The notes beneath the pieces were generated by a model, which was given only the letters and a program-made list of their open reading frames with translations, was not told where the DNA came from and did not search any database. DNA of 64,000 nucleotides from Planctomycetota bacterium (GTDB taxonomy: Bacteria > Planctomycetota > UBA11346), in the NCBI GenBank assembly GCA_038231435.1, contig JBBRLJ010000001.1, forward strand, positions 128,001 through 192,000. The letters are read 5' to 3'. Made by a program: the position numbers and the translations under genes. Every line of letters begins with the position of its first letter. Position 1 is the first letter of the stretch. Below are positions 29,901 through 37,457 of the stretch, piece by piece.

Positions 29901-30269
29901 TCGACCATGTTCTCGCACCATCTCCTGGCCCCGATGGTGCAAGCCATTGGGGGCGATCGCGGCGCGGCTCGAGACCGCATAGCGTTGGTCTCGAAGCGGT
30001 ACCCGATCCAATACATGCAGCAGCTCCACAAGCTGGCGGATCTCGTGCTGGGTACCATCGACGACGCGGCATACCTCGCGCAGCCGGTGCACTACGGCAC
30101 CGAGGCGCGTCTCGTTCTCGGCCATGCGCTGCGTGCGGAACTGGAAGGCGATCCCCGCGCCGCGCTCGCCGCGTACCAGGCGTTCATGGCGGTGCCGTTC
30201 AACCACCTGACGCGCGAGATCCTCGAGGATGCATTCGTCGCATGGCGGATCAGGGCCCTGTCTTTGTGA
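26967..30269 (+). CDS. Membrane-anchored Hanks-type Ser/Thr kinase with beta-rich and TPR-like C-terminal regions
   Basis: GVGATGQV, VAVK, HQDIKPDN, DWG, GTPIYMSPEQ, DVYCLG; TM after RRNRR; helical repeats downstream. Confidence 0.9.
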   Translation: MPEGSSVGGGPPPASEQAFSRTVPGDSLTAEGAQAHYLRTQTTGFAPRQPTAEAGPPVLAGEALGERLRSHGLLSDQEPTSGTRYELHGMLGVGATGQVFAVRDRNLGREVAVKVLTTTAVADRSGVASFIDEARITASLTHPNVLPVYEIDITSQGQPYFTMGKVSGQTLGEAIQRSTDGHRDARIASTNALVSIIIGVGNALSYAHDHGLVHQDIKPDNILLGDFGEVLVLDWGSATQWPTTGTSKLYGTPIYMSPEQARREQSTPLSDVYCLGATLFHALLLRFPTWADDPETFWERKQRGEIDPPTSDELRAAPRALVEISLKAMAPQSAHRYPTMKELVRDLERYQAGFAVTALREGWRLSLLRWYRRNRRVFWISTAAVAMVSAIGTALVGEKLKERQDWSGPCNLDLVHATPENLSAEWDLMTKPAWGPGTWESVPFTDAQKFSYGGGSLDLICGNYALDLEWKRTISGDFKVEWDYTAIRTQQNLNCFIGDNRESGYTFHISSWGDTTFMVMTTGAEFRMVDMRVAERPFVMNHAYHFVMERKDRHAQLSIDGNKVLDFMDVEHELPQRFGLDCFTNQDLRIANLHVYQRPLPQRVSPLAVAAKLYQLGNFVEAERQYQEIASAYPGSDLAVNASFWLGMCALRLAHVDRGIALLESFEKGNPRHELVPFSLHARLVNAVESHDDEVERTLRTALAAFPGHPISCTVLRELGEERLELLKPKPVEDPSDDPYPPDIAERIVAAIAEIRQWSDRYRTPWQNNAFISAAGLRLIQLGRLDDAFASIPRGTHEYAQALYQAGQFDRELAEYPTNSWLHSAISNCSRSAEELFAGKGDEWNVTFKQYVRGEFEPLLANPDDALCVEILLGQRRWEDILRLYPETPRDDSADRSPRFLAMIALGRYDDVLAQAKHPRMRAMAEIAAGHIEQGLAEGRDHEEIRSLVGLRWREANDPRGVALLERVAAGPTDFTQQSTMFSHHLLAPMVQAIGGDRGAARDRIALVSKRYPIQYMQQLHKLADLVLGTIDDAAYLAQPVHYGTEARLVLGHALRAELEGDPRAALAAYQAFMAVPFNHLTREILEDAFVAWRIRALSL

Positions 30270-30370
30270 ACGCGTGCGCCGCTAGGCCGTGGTAGCGATG
30301 GACACGGATCTGCGTAGTGCACCGTTAGAAGCCATGCGCGCTCCGCCGCCCATGTCGGCGGGTTGACGAA

Positions 30371-31480
30371 TCAGGGAGACATACTCGAAAAGACCGCGAT
30401 GACCGGCGTCTGTCCGGATACGCTGATCTCGATCGTCCGTTCGCGGGCCATGCCCGGAAACGCCAGCAGCTCGGGCGCGTGCGTGAGCGTCACGATCACT
30501 CCTCCTGGCGCGAGCACCCGCAGGGATTCCGCGCTGATCCGCGTGTAGAGATCGCCGATATCGGCGCCGGCGTTCACCTGCACGCCCCAGGGGAGATTGC
30601 ACACCAGGCGATCCACCGATGCGTCCGCGAGCGGAAGCGCGCGGGCGTCCCAGCGCGCGGGTGGCGCGAGCCCGGCGACGGCGGAGGCGGAGGCGGAGGC
30701 GGTATTGTCGCGCGCCACTGCCACCGCCGCGGGATCGATATCCCCGCCGATCGCGCATGCCCCGGCTGCGCCGGCCTCGATGACGATGGTCCCGGCTCCG
30801 CAGCACGGATCGACGGCCAGGTGCCCGCGTCCGATGCGCGCGAGCGCGACCATGGCGGCGGCGATCGAGGGCCGCAGCGAGCCGGGGACATGGGCCCGCT
30901 TGTAGCCGCGCTCGTGCAGCGGACGCGCGGCCAGGCGTACCCCGAGGTGGGCGCGCTCGTGCTCGATGAATACGCGCAGGTTGAGATCCGACTCGTCGTC
31001 GCGTTCGCGATGCTCCCAACCGTGGCGGGCGGCGACCGCCCCGGCGATCGCCGCCTTGATCTCCTCGTTGCCGTAGTTGCGCTTCCCGACGAAGCTCGGC
31101 GTGACCGAGAACGTCGGCCGCGCCGCGATCGATCGCACCGCGGCGCATGCGCGTTGCGCAGGTCGTAGATCGAGCCTGGAAGCGAGCGCGGTCAGCTCGG
31201 CGAGCACGCTGCGCGGTCGGCCGATGCCGCTCCAGGACGCGACCTCGAGGAAGACGTCATCCACGCAGCGCAGCGCCAGCAGCGCTCCCGCGTCCGCACA
31301 GCGGGCCGATACGCGCCGATACGCGGTCTCGAGCACCACCGCGCCGGGGATGCGGCCGATCTCCTCTGCCGCCACCGGCTCGAGACCGCGCGTGGCCAGG
31401 GCGAAGACGCCAGTCGCAGCCGGCGTGCGGGTCTCGATGGCCCGCGTGGATGTTCCAACGTCCTCGGCCATCGGCAGCAT
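30371..31480 (-). CDS. THUMP-domain RNA methyltransferase (RlmL/Trm14-like)
   Basis: TRGLE, LHERGY, LRPSIAAAM, DPCCGAGTI, NLPWG; start codon uncertain. Confidence 0.82.
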   Translation of the reverse strand: MLPMAEDVGTSTRAIETRTPAATGVFALATRGLEPVAAEEIGRIPGAVVLETAYRRVSARCADAGALLALRCVDDVFLEVASWSGIGRPRSVLAELTALASRLDLRPAQRACAAVRSIAARPTFSVTPSFVGKRNYGNEEIKAAIAGAVAARHGWEHRERDDESDLNLRVFIEHERAHLGVRLAARPLHERGYKRAHVPGSLRPSIAAAMVALARIGRGHLAVDPCCGAGTIVIEAGAAGACAIGGDIDPAAVAVARDNTASASASAVAGLAPPARWDARALPLADASVDRLVCNLPWGVQVNAGADIGDLYTRISAESLRVLAPGGVIVTLTHAPELLAFPGMARERTIEISVSGQTPVIAVFSSMSP

Positions 31481-31736
31481 GCTCGTCCGCTCACACTCGC
31501 CCGCAATGCCCTCCGCCATCATGGACGCGGGCGCCCATGGGACCAACGCTTCTCAAACCTCTCTTGTACACGGCTGAGCGTATGGGGGCGTAGGGCTCGT
31601 GGCGCCCCTGTACGGGATGCGAGGATAGTTCCTATCTGCCCAGCAGATGTGGTTATAATGAGGTCCTCGGGCATGCCGCTGCCCGTCATCGACTGCCGAT
31701 CAGGGCAGTACTTCCATAGCGGCAGGATGGCTATTT

Positions 31737-32150
31737 ATGATCACCGATTCCCTCGAACCCCTCGACCCGAATCACCACGAGGTGCATGTGGCTCATGTCG
31801 ATCCGGCCAACAAGCCGGTCGAGCAGGTCGGACCACTGCAACTCCGCGTCATGCACTTCATCTGGAAGCATGGTCCTTCGACTGTGCAGACGGTGATGAC
31901 GGCTCTCAACGGCGACCATGGCTCCCGGCCGTTGGCCTACACCACCTTCCTGACCGTGATGCGCAACCTGGCGCGGCGCAATCTGCTCGAACAGAAGAAG
32001 ACCGCGCAGCGGTCGCACATGTTCTCGGCTTCCATCGGCGAAGACGAGTACAAGACCGCGTTCATCAAGCAGGTGTTCCGCGACTACTTCGCCAACGACC
32101 TCGACGCGTTGCTGCGTTACGTGGGACATCCGGAACTCAGCCACCACTGA
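31737..32150 (+). CDS. BlaI/MecI/CopY family transcriptional regulator
   Basis: GPLQLRVMHFIW, LAYTTFLTVMRNL winged-helix pattern. Confidence 0.85.
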   Translation: MITDSLEPLDPNHHEVHVAHVDPANKPVEQVGPLQLRVMHFIWKHGPSTVQTVMTALNGDHGSRPLAYTTFLTVMRNLARRNLLEQKKTAQRSHMFSASIGEDEYKTAFIKQVFRDYFANDLDALLRYVGHPELSHH

Positions 32151-32265
32151 TCCGGGCATCTGTCTCGTCGTTCGACGCCTCCCCGTCCGTGCCACATTGC
32201 CGGACGGTGGAGGCGTTGTCGTTTCCTGGTTCCAGGATGGAACGCACTGACGGAAACGGAAACGC

Positions 32266-33051
32266 TCAGATCGGCGGACACATGTGGTCGGGCAGCTGGT
32301 CCCCCGTCGTCAGCCCGAGTCCTTGGGTCACGCAATGCTCGGCACCGTTGAAGCGCGCGCCGCGCTCGACGAAGATGACGCTGAACGCCACGCGCGGCAC
32401 GTCGGTATGATTGGCCCCCGCGCGATGTGCGCAGAATCCCTGGTGGAACGTGGAGCCGCCAGCCTGCAGGGGCACGATCGTCCGTTCGGCGAACTCCAGG
32501 TCCGGCCACATGCCAATGAGGCTGCCGGCGTTGTTCAGGTCCTGTGCCGATAGATCCCGGCGTACGTGGGTCTTCGGGATGAAGCCCATGCAACCGCTCT
32601 CGACCGAGGCATCGCCGAGGGCGATCCATGCCGAGATGGTGAAGGTTCCGCGCTCGATCGACCAGTACGGCTGGTCCTGATGGAACTCGGTGGGCGTCTC
32701 GTTGCGCGGTCGCTTGATCAGGATGTGGTCGTGCCACAGGCGCATTGGGCGGCCCGCGAGCCTATTCACCGCCGCCAGCAACGCCGGGTGGAAGGTCAGC
32801 GCACGCATGGCTTCGCTGGTTCGCCAGACATTCACCAATTGCTGGAAGACCGCGCGGTTGGAATACGCCACCGTCTCCGGGCCGTCCGCGATCGCGAGCG
32901 CCGCCGCGCGGAAGGCCAGCGCCTCATCGCGGGGAATCACATTCGCCACGCCGACGAAGCCCTCGTCTTGGAAGCGCGCGATGTGGTCGACGGAAACCGT
33001 CGAACTGTCGGTTGATGCGATGGCTGGGGCTGGGGAGGCGAGGGCTAGCAT
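32266..33051 (-). CDS. Phytanoyl-CoA dioxygenase (PhyH) family protein
   Basis: FHQDQPYW (HxD), SAWIALGD, GCMGFIP, HRAG; GGAG before ATG 33051. Confidence 0.88.
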   Translation of the reverse strand: MLALASPAPAIASTDSSTVSVDHIARFQDEGFVGVANVIPRDEALAFRAAALAIADGPETVAYSNRAVFQQLVNVWRTSEAMRALTFHPALLAAVNRLAGRPMRLWHDHILIKRPRNETPTEFHQDQPYWSIERGTFTISAWIALGDASVESGCMGFIPKTHVRRDLSAQDLNNAGSLIGMWPDLEFAERTIVPLQAGGSTFHQGFCAHRAGANHTDVPRVAFSVIFVERGARFNGAEHCVTQGLGLTTGDQLPDHMCPPI

Positions 33052-33178
33052 GGGTGCTCCGGCTGGTGGTGGGCGGGGCGATGGTGCCACCACCCTACCC
33101 GCCGCCTGACCTGCGCTTCCAGCAGTCGTCGCAGGGCATACCGGATTTTCCTCCGACAAGCCCCTGGTTAGGCCCGCC

Positions 33179-34102
33179 TCATCCCCCTGGAGGCCGGGAG
33201 TGGAGCCGGAACTGGCGCGGGGTCAGGCCGGCCTGCACCTTGAACACCCGCGCGAAATAGCTGCTGTCGCCGAAGCCGACGGTCAGGGCGATGTCGGTGA
33301 CGCTGCGGTCGCTCGCGCGCAGCAGCTCCTTGGCGCGGTCGATGCGCAAGCGCACCAGGAACTCCCACGGCGGCAGGCCGCAGTGGCGCTTGAACTGCTC
33401 CGAGAAATGGTGCGGGCTGAGATAGGCGCGGTCGGCGATCGACTTCAGCGAAATGTCCTCGCCGTAATTCTCCTCGATGAAGGCTATGGCGGCGTCGAGC
33501 GCCTGGCGCTGCCCCACCGAGGCTGGAGCCACGCTCGGCTTGCCGCGTTGCCGATGCCAGGCGCGCGCCAACTGCACCAGCAGGGTCAGGAACCGGGCGC
33601 GCGCCATGACATCGAAACCGTCGGCGCCCTGGGCGAGCTCCTCGACGATCGCATCGAGTGACGACAGCACCCGCGCACGTTCGTCGACATCGAGGTGCAT
33701 CTTCGGCACGCCCTCGGCCTCGTGGCGGAACATCGGCTCGACGAACAGGAAGTCGGACAATCCTGCGATCGTCTCGAGGCGCGTGCGCTCGCTCGCGATC
33801 AGCTCGGGCAGGAACAGGATGTTGTAGACCACCAGGCCCTTGGCCTCGCGGAAGGCGTGGCGCTCGTCCGGCGCGACCAGGAAGCAGTCGCCCGGCAGCA
33901 GGGCGTAGCGCTGGGCGCGCAGCGGCCGCGTGCCCGCGCCCATCAGCTCGACGACGTGGGTCGCGCGGCCGCGCGCCACGGAGACGATCTCCTGGAACTC
34001 GTGCTGATGCGGAACCACGTCGGCGTCCACCCGCACCCGCGCGACGTTCAGCGGCAGACCAGGATGCGTGAAGCAGCGCTCGGATCGCAGCAGGTCGTCC
34101 AC
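33179..34102 (-). CDS. AraC family regulator (RhaR-like cupin)
   Basis: HQHEFQEI, GFGDSSYFARVFK. Confidence 0.9.
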   Translation of the reverse strand: MDDLLRSERCFTHPGLPLNVARVRVDADVVPHQHEFQEIVSVARGRATHVVELMGAGTRPLRAQRYALLPGDCFLVAPDERHAFREAKGLVVYNILFLPELIASERTRLETIAGLSDFLFVEPMFRHEAEGVPKMHLDVDERARVLSSLDAIVEELAQGADGFDVMARARFLTLLVQLARAWHRQRGKPSVAPASVGQRQALDAAIAFIEENYGEDISLKSIADRAYLSPHHFSEQFKRHCGLPPWEFLVRLRIDRAKELLRASDRSVTDIALTVGFGDSSYFARVFKVQAGLTPRQFRLHSRPPGG

Positions 34103-34185
34103 GCCGCCATCCTAGCGCGCGCCCTGGCGCCCGGAACCGCGGGTCGCCAGTGGCCGCCATCCGGGCCACGGCTACGCTGGGCACC

Positions 34186-34395
34186 ATGGACGACGGCCCG
34201 TGGACGATGTACCTGTGCCTGGTGCTGGGCTGCGTCGGCAGCGCCTATTTCGTCTATGGTAAGAAGCAGCAGCACTGGGTCGCGCTGGCCTGCGGCATCG
34301 GCATCATCGTCGCGCCGCTGGTCATCTCGGTGACCTGGGCGGCCATCGCGGTGTCGCTGGTCCTGATGGCGATCCCGTTCGCCGTCCGCCGGTGA
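34186..34395 (+). CDS. Small membrane protein
   Basis: Three hydrophobic segments with a YFVYGKKQ motif. Confidence 0.65.
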   Translation: MDDGPWTMYLCLVLGCVGSAYFVYGKKQQHWVALACGIGIIVAPLVISVTWAAIAVSLVLMAIPFAVRR

Positions 34396-34504
34396 TCCCG
34401 CCACCGTTGATGGGCCGGAGAGTCCGGGGTTGAACCGAGGCGCCGGGCGGCAAAACTCCCAGCCGGACGCCACCGTCCCACGGCACGCGGGTCACGCGGG
34501 TCAC

Positions 34505-34578
34505 GCGGGTGTAGCTCAATGGTAGAGTAGCGGCTTCCCAAGCCGAACACGGGGGTTCGATTCCCCTCACCCGTTCCA
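34505..34578 (+). tRNA. tRNA-Gly (anticodon CCC)
   Basis: Acceptor GCGGGTG/CACCCGT, D-arm GCTC-AATGGTA-GAGT, loop TTCCCAA, T-loop GTTCGATTC, discriminator U, encoded CCA. Confidence 0.95.
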
Positions 34579-34879
34579 CCTTCCTCCTGTGAAGAGCGCT
34601 GCGGCCATTCTCGTCCACGATGCCTGCGTTGGCTTCTCCTAGCGTGGCGCTGCCACGCGGCGTCGTCGCCGCCTTGGCCTCGTGGACGATAATGGTCCTC
34701 GCGCTGGAAAAGTGGGATGGGATCCTGGGGGCTGGAGAGGACTCGCCATGGCGGGGCCATGGCATGCGGATGCATGCATGAGGCGAGTAGAGTAGACAAG
34801 GGCGCGACGGGTGGGTGGTGGCGCGCTTGCAGGGCGGAAGGGCGACGCACCATGTGCGGCCCACGCAGGAGACTCAGCC

Positions 34880-36535
34880 ATGCCTTATGCCATCGGTTAT
34901 GATTTCGGTAGCGAGAGCGGGCGGGCGGTGCTGGTCGACGTGCGCAATGGCAAGGAGGTTGCCAGCCATGTGGTGGCGTATCCGCATGCGGTGATCGACA
35001 AGAAGCTGCCGACCGGCGAGAAGCTCGGGCTGGATTGGGCGCTGCAGCATCCTGAGGATTACCTGGTGGTGCTCGAGAAGGCCACCAAGGCGATCCTGCG
35101 CAAGGCCAAGGCCAAGCCCGAGCAGGTGATCGGCATCGGCACCGACTTCACCGCCTGCACGGTGCTGCCGGTGAAGGCCGACGGCACGCCGCTGTGCCTG
35201 ACCAAGCAGTGGAAGCGCAACCCGCACGCATGGATCAAACTGTGGAAGCACCACGCTGCGCAGCCGTGGGCAGACAAGCTCAACGAGCTCGCCGCCAAGC
35301 GCGAGGAGGAGTGGCTCGCCACCTACGGCGGCAAGATCTCGAGCGAGTGGTTGTTCCCCAAGGTCGCGCAGGTCGCCGACGAGGCGCCCGAGGTCTACGA
35401 CGCCGCCGACCGGTTCATCGAGGCCGCCGACTGGATCGTCTGGCAGCTCACCGGAGTCGAGACGCGCAACGCCTGCACCGCCGGCTACAAGGCGATCTGG
35501 GACGACCAGTCCGGCTATCCCAGCCGCGAGTTCTGCGCGTCGCTGCACCCCAAGCTCGCCAACCTGGTCGACAAGCTCGGCCAGCCGGTGCCGCTCGGCC
35601 GCAAGGCCGGCGAACTGACCGCGGCGATGGCCAAGCGCATGGGCCTCAAGCCCGGCATCGCGGTCGCCGTCGGCAATGTCGATGCTCATGTCAGCGTGCC
35701 GGCGTGCGGCGTGGGCGGATCCGAGGGCTACGGCGGCGATAGCGCCAACGGCGTGCTGGTCGCGATTATGGGCACCAGCTGCTGCGACATCCTCTGCGGC
35801 CCCGAGAAGAAGATCGTTCCCGGGATGTGCGGCGTGGTGAAGGACGGCGTGGTGCCCGGCAGTTACGGCTTCGAGGCCGGGCAGTCCGGCTTCGGCGATC
35901 ACTTCGCCTGGCTGTCGCGCTTCCTCGCCAAGGGCGATCCGGGCCACGAGCGGCTCGAGAAGGACGCTACGGCGCTCGGGCCCGGCGGATCGGGCCTGCT
36001 CGCGCTCGACTGGTGGAACGGCAACCGCTCGGTGCTGGTCGACGCCAACCTCAGCGGCCTGCTGGTGGGCATGAACCTGCACACCACCCCGGCCGAGGTC
36101 TATCGCGCGCTGATCGAGGGCCTGGCCTTCGGCCTGCGCATGATCATCGACACCTTCGCCACCAACGGCGTGCGCATCGACCGCATCATCGCCTGCGGCG
36201 GCCTGGCCGAGAAGAACCAGCTGTTCATGCAGGTAGTGGCCGACGTCTGCCAGCGCCCGATCCAGCTCGCGCGCTCGGCGCAGGCACCGGCGGTGGGCTC
36301 GGCGATCTTCGGCGCCCTCGCCGCCGGCAAGGCGCGCGGCGGCTACGATTCGCTCGCCGCCGCCGCCAAGGCCATGGGCGGCGTCAAGAAGCTGGTGTTC
36401 ACGCCAAACCGCGGCGTCGAGGAGACCTACGACACGCTGTTCGCCGAGTACCGCGAGCTGCACGACTACTTCGGCCGCAAGAATGCCGTGATGAAGCGCC
36501 TGCGTTCGATGCGCCTCTGCGAAGACGCCGAGTAA
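34880..36535 (+). CDS. araB: Ribulokinase
   Basis: GYDFGSESGRAVL, WALQHPEDY, IGTDFTACT, KLWKHHAAQ, YGGKISSEW, LDWWNGNRS; AGGAG upstream. Confidence 0.92.
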   Translation: MPYAIGYDFGSESGRAVLVDVRNGKEVASHVVAYPHAVIDKKLPTGEKLGLDWALQHPEDYLVVLEKATKAILRKAKAKPEQVIGIGTDFTACTVLPVKADGTPLCLTKQWKRNPHAWIKLWKHHAAQPWADKLNELAAKREEEWLATYGGKISSEWLFPKVAQVADEAPEVYDAADRFIEAADWIVWQLTGVETRNACTAGYKAIWDDQSGYPSREFCASLHPKLANLVDKLGQPVPLGRKAGELTAAMAKRMGLKPGIAVAVGNVDAHVSVPACGVGGSEGYGGDSANGVLVAIMGTSCCDILCGPEKKIVPGMCGVVKDGVVPGSYGFEAGQSGFGDHFAWLSRFLAKGDPGHERLEKDATALGPGGSGLLALDWWNGNRSVLVDANLSGLLVGMNLHTTPAEVYRALIEGLAFGLRMIIDTFATNGVRIDRIIACGGLAEKNQLFMQVVADVCQRPIQLARSAQAPAVGSAIFGALAAGKARGGYDSLAAAAKAMGGVKKLVFTPNRGVEETYDTLFAEYRELHDYFGRKNAVMKRLRSMRLCEDAE

Positions 36536-36541
36536 TCCGAC

Positions 36542-37192
36542 ATGTCCCGCGCCGACCAGAAGACCTACCTCCTGCCCATCGTCGAGGAGCTGCGCAAGCA
36601 CTGGCCGCAGAATCGCGCCATCAACGTCGTCTGCCACGGGCACAGCGTGCCCGCCGGCTACTTCGCCACGCCGATGGTCGATAGCCTGAACGCCTATCCC
36701 CACCTGCTGCACGTCGGCCTGAAGCAGCGCTTCCCGTTCGCGGTGGTCAATGTCATCGTCACCGCCATCGGTGGCGAGACCTCCGAGAGCGGCGCGCGTC
36801 GTTTCGAGAGCCAGGTGCTCTGCCACCGGCCCGACGTGCTGTGCATCGACTACAGCCTCAACGATCGCGGCGCGCTCGCGGCGGCACGCACGGCGTGGAC
36901 GACGATGGCGGCACGCGCGCTCGATCATGGCGCGCGGGTCCTGCTCCTGACGCCGACACCCGATCGCACCCAGGCCCCCGGCGGTGATGGCGACGACCTG
37001 CGTCGGCATGCCGACCAGGTACGAGCGCTGGCGGACGAACTCGGCACCGGCCTCGTCGACAGCCTCGATGCGTTCGCGCGCACCGTCGCCGCGGGTGCCG
37101 ACCTCGACGATCTGCTCAGCTGGTACAACCATCCGAACCGTGCCGGCCACGAGCTGGTCGCCCGCGAACTGCTGCGTTTCTTTCCTGCGTGA
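36542..37192 (+). CDS. SGNH/GDSL hydrolase
   Basis: HGHSVP (block I), GGETS, YSLND, NHPNRAGH. Confidence 0.85.
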   Translation: MSRADQKTYLLPIVEELRKHWPQNRAINVVCHGHSVPAGYFATPMVDSLNAYPHLLHVGLKQRFPFAVVNVIVTAIGGETSESGARRFESQVLCHRPDVLCIDYSLNDRGALAAARTAWTTMAARALDHGARVLLLTPTPDRTQAPGGDGDDLRRHADQVRALADELGTGLVDSLDAFARTVAAGADLDDLLSWYNHPNRAGHELVARELLRFFPA

Positions 37193-37457
37193 GTGGCGGC
37201 TGCTTCCTGCCGACGGCAGATGCCCCAGGGCATCTCGGATCACTTCGTCATCGCCGCGCTGCCCTCGAAGAAAACCGGGTGCGTGCACGTCCTGGTCCAG
37301 CACTTCTGCCGTAGCATCGACGCAGCTCCTGAACGTTCCAAGGCTTAGAGCGTAGCTGCTGATCTCGTGCGGGAATCGTTGAGGTTTCGGTCTTGCTCGA
37401 GTCGGATGGCGGTTATGGATATGGGTCCTTACTGACCTATATCGCACGGACGACGCC

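Noticed and set aside
30680..30702. GGCGGA hexamer run in the methyltransferase gene
   Set aside because: In-frame Ser-Ala low-complexity linker
31654..31659. Perfect TATAAT upstream of the BlaI-like gene
   Set aside because: No recognisable -35 or extended -10 and no TACA-N2-TGTA operator seen; insufficient to call
34505..34578. tRNA-Gly as an island attachment site
   Set aside because: No integrase and no duplicated tRNA 3' end seen in the window
37193..37457. Short ORF (MPQGISDHFVIAALPSKK...) and GAACGTTC as a possible SOS box upstream of dnaE2
   Set aside because: The ORF has no recognisable motif or RBS; GAACGTTC lacks the 4-nt spacer of the GAAC-N4-GTTC box
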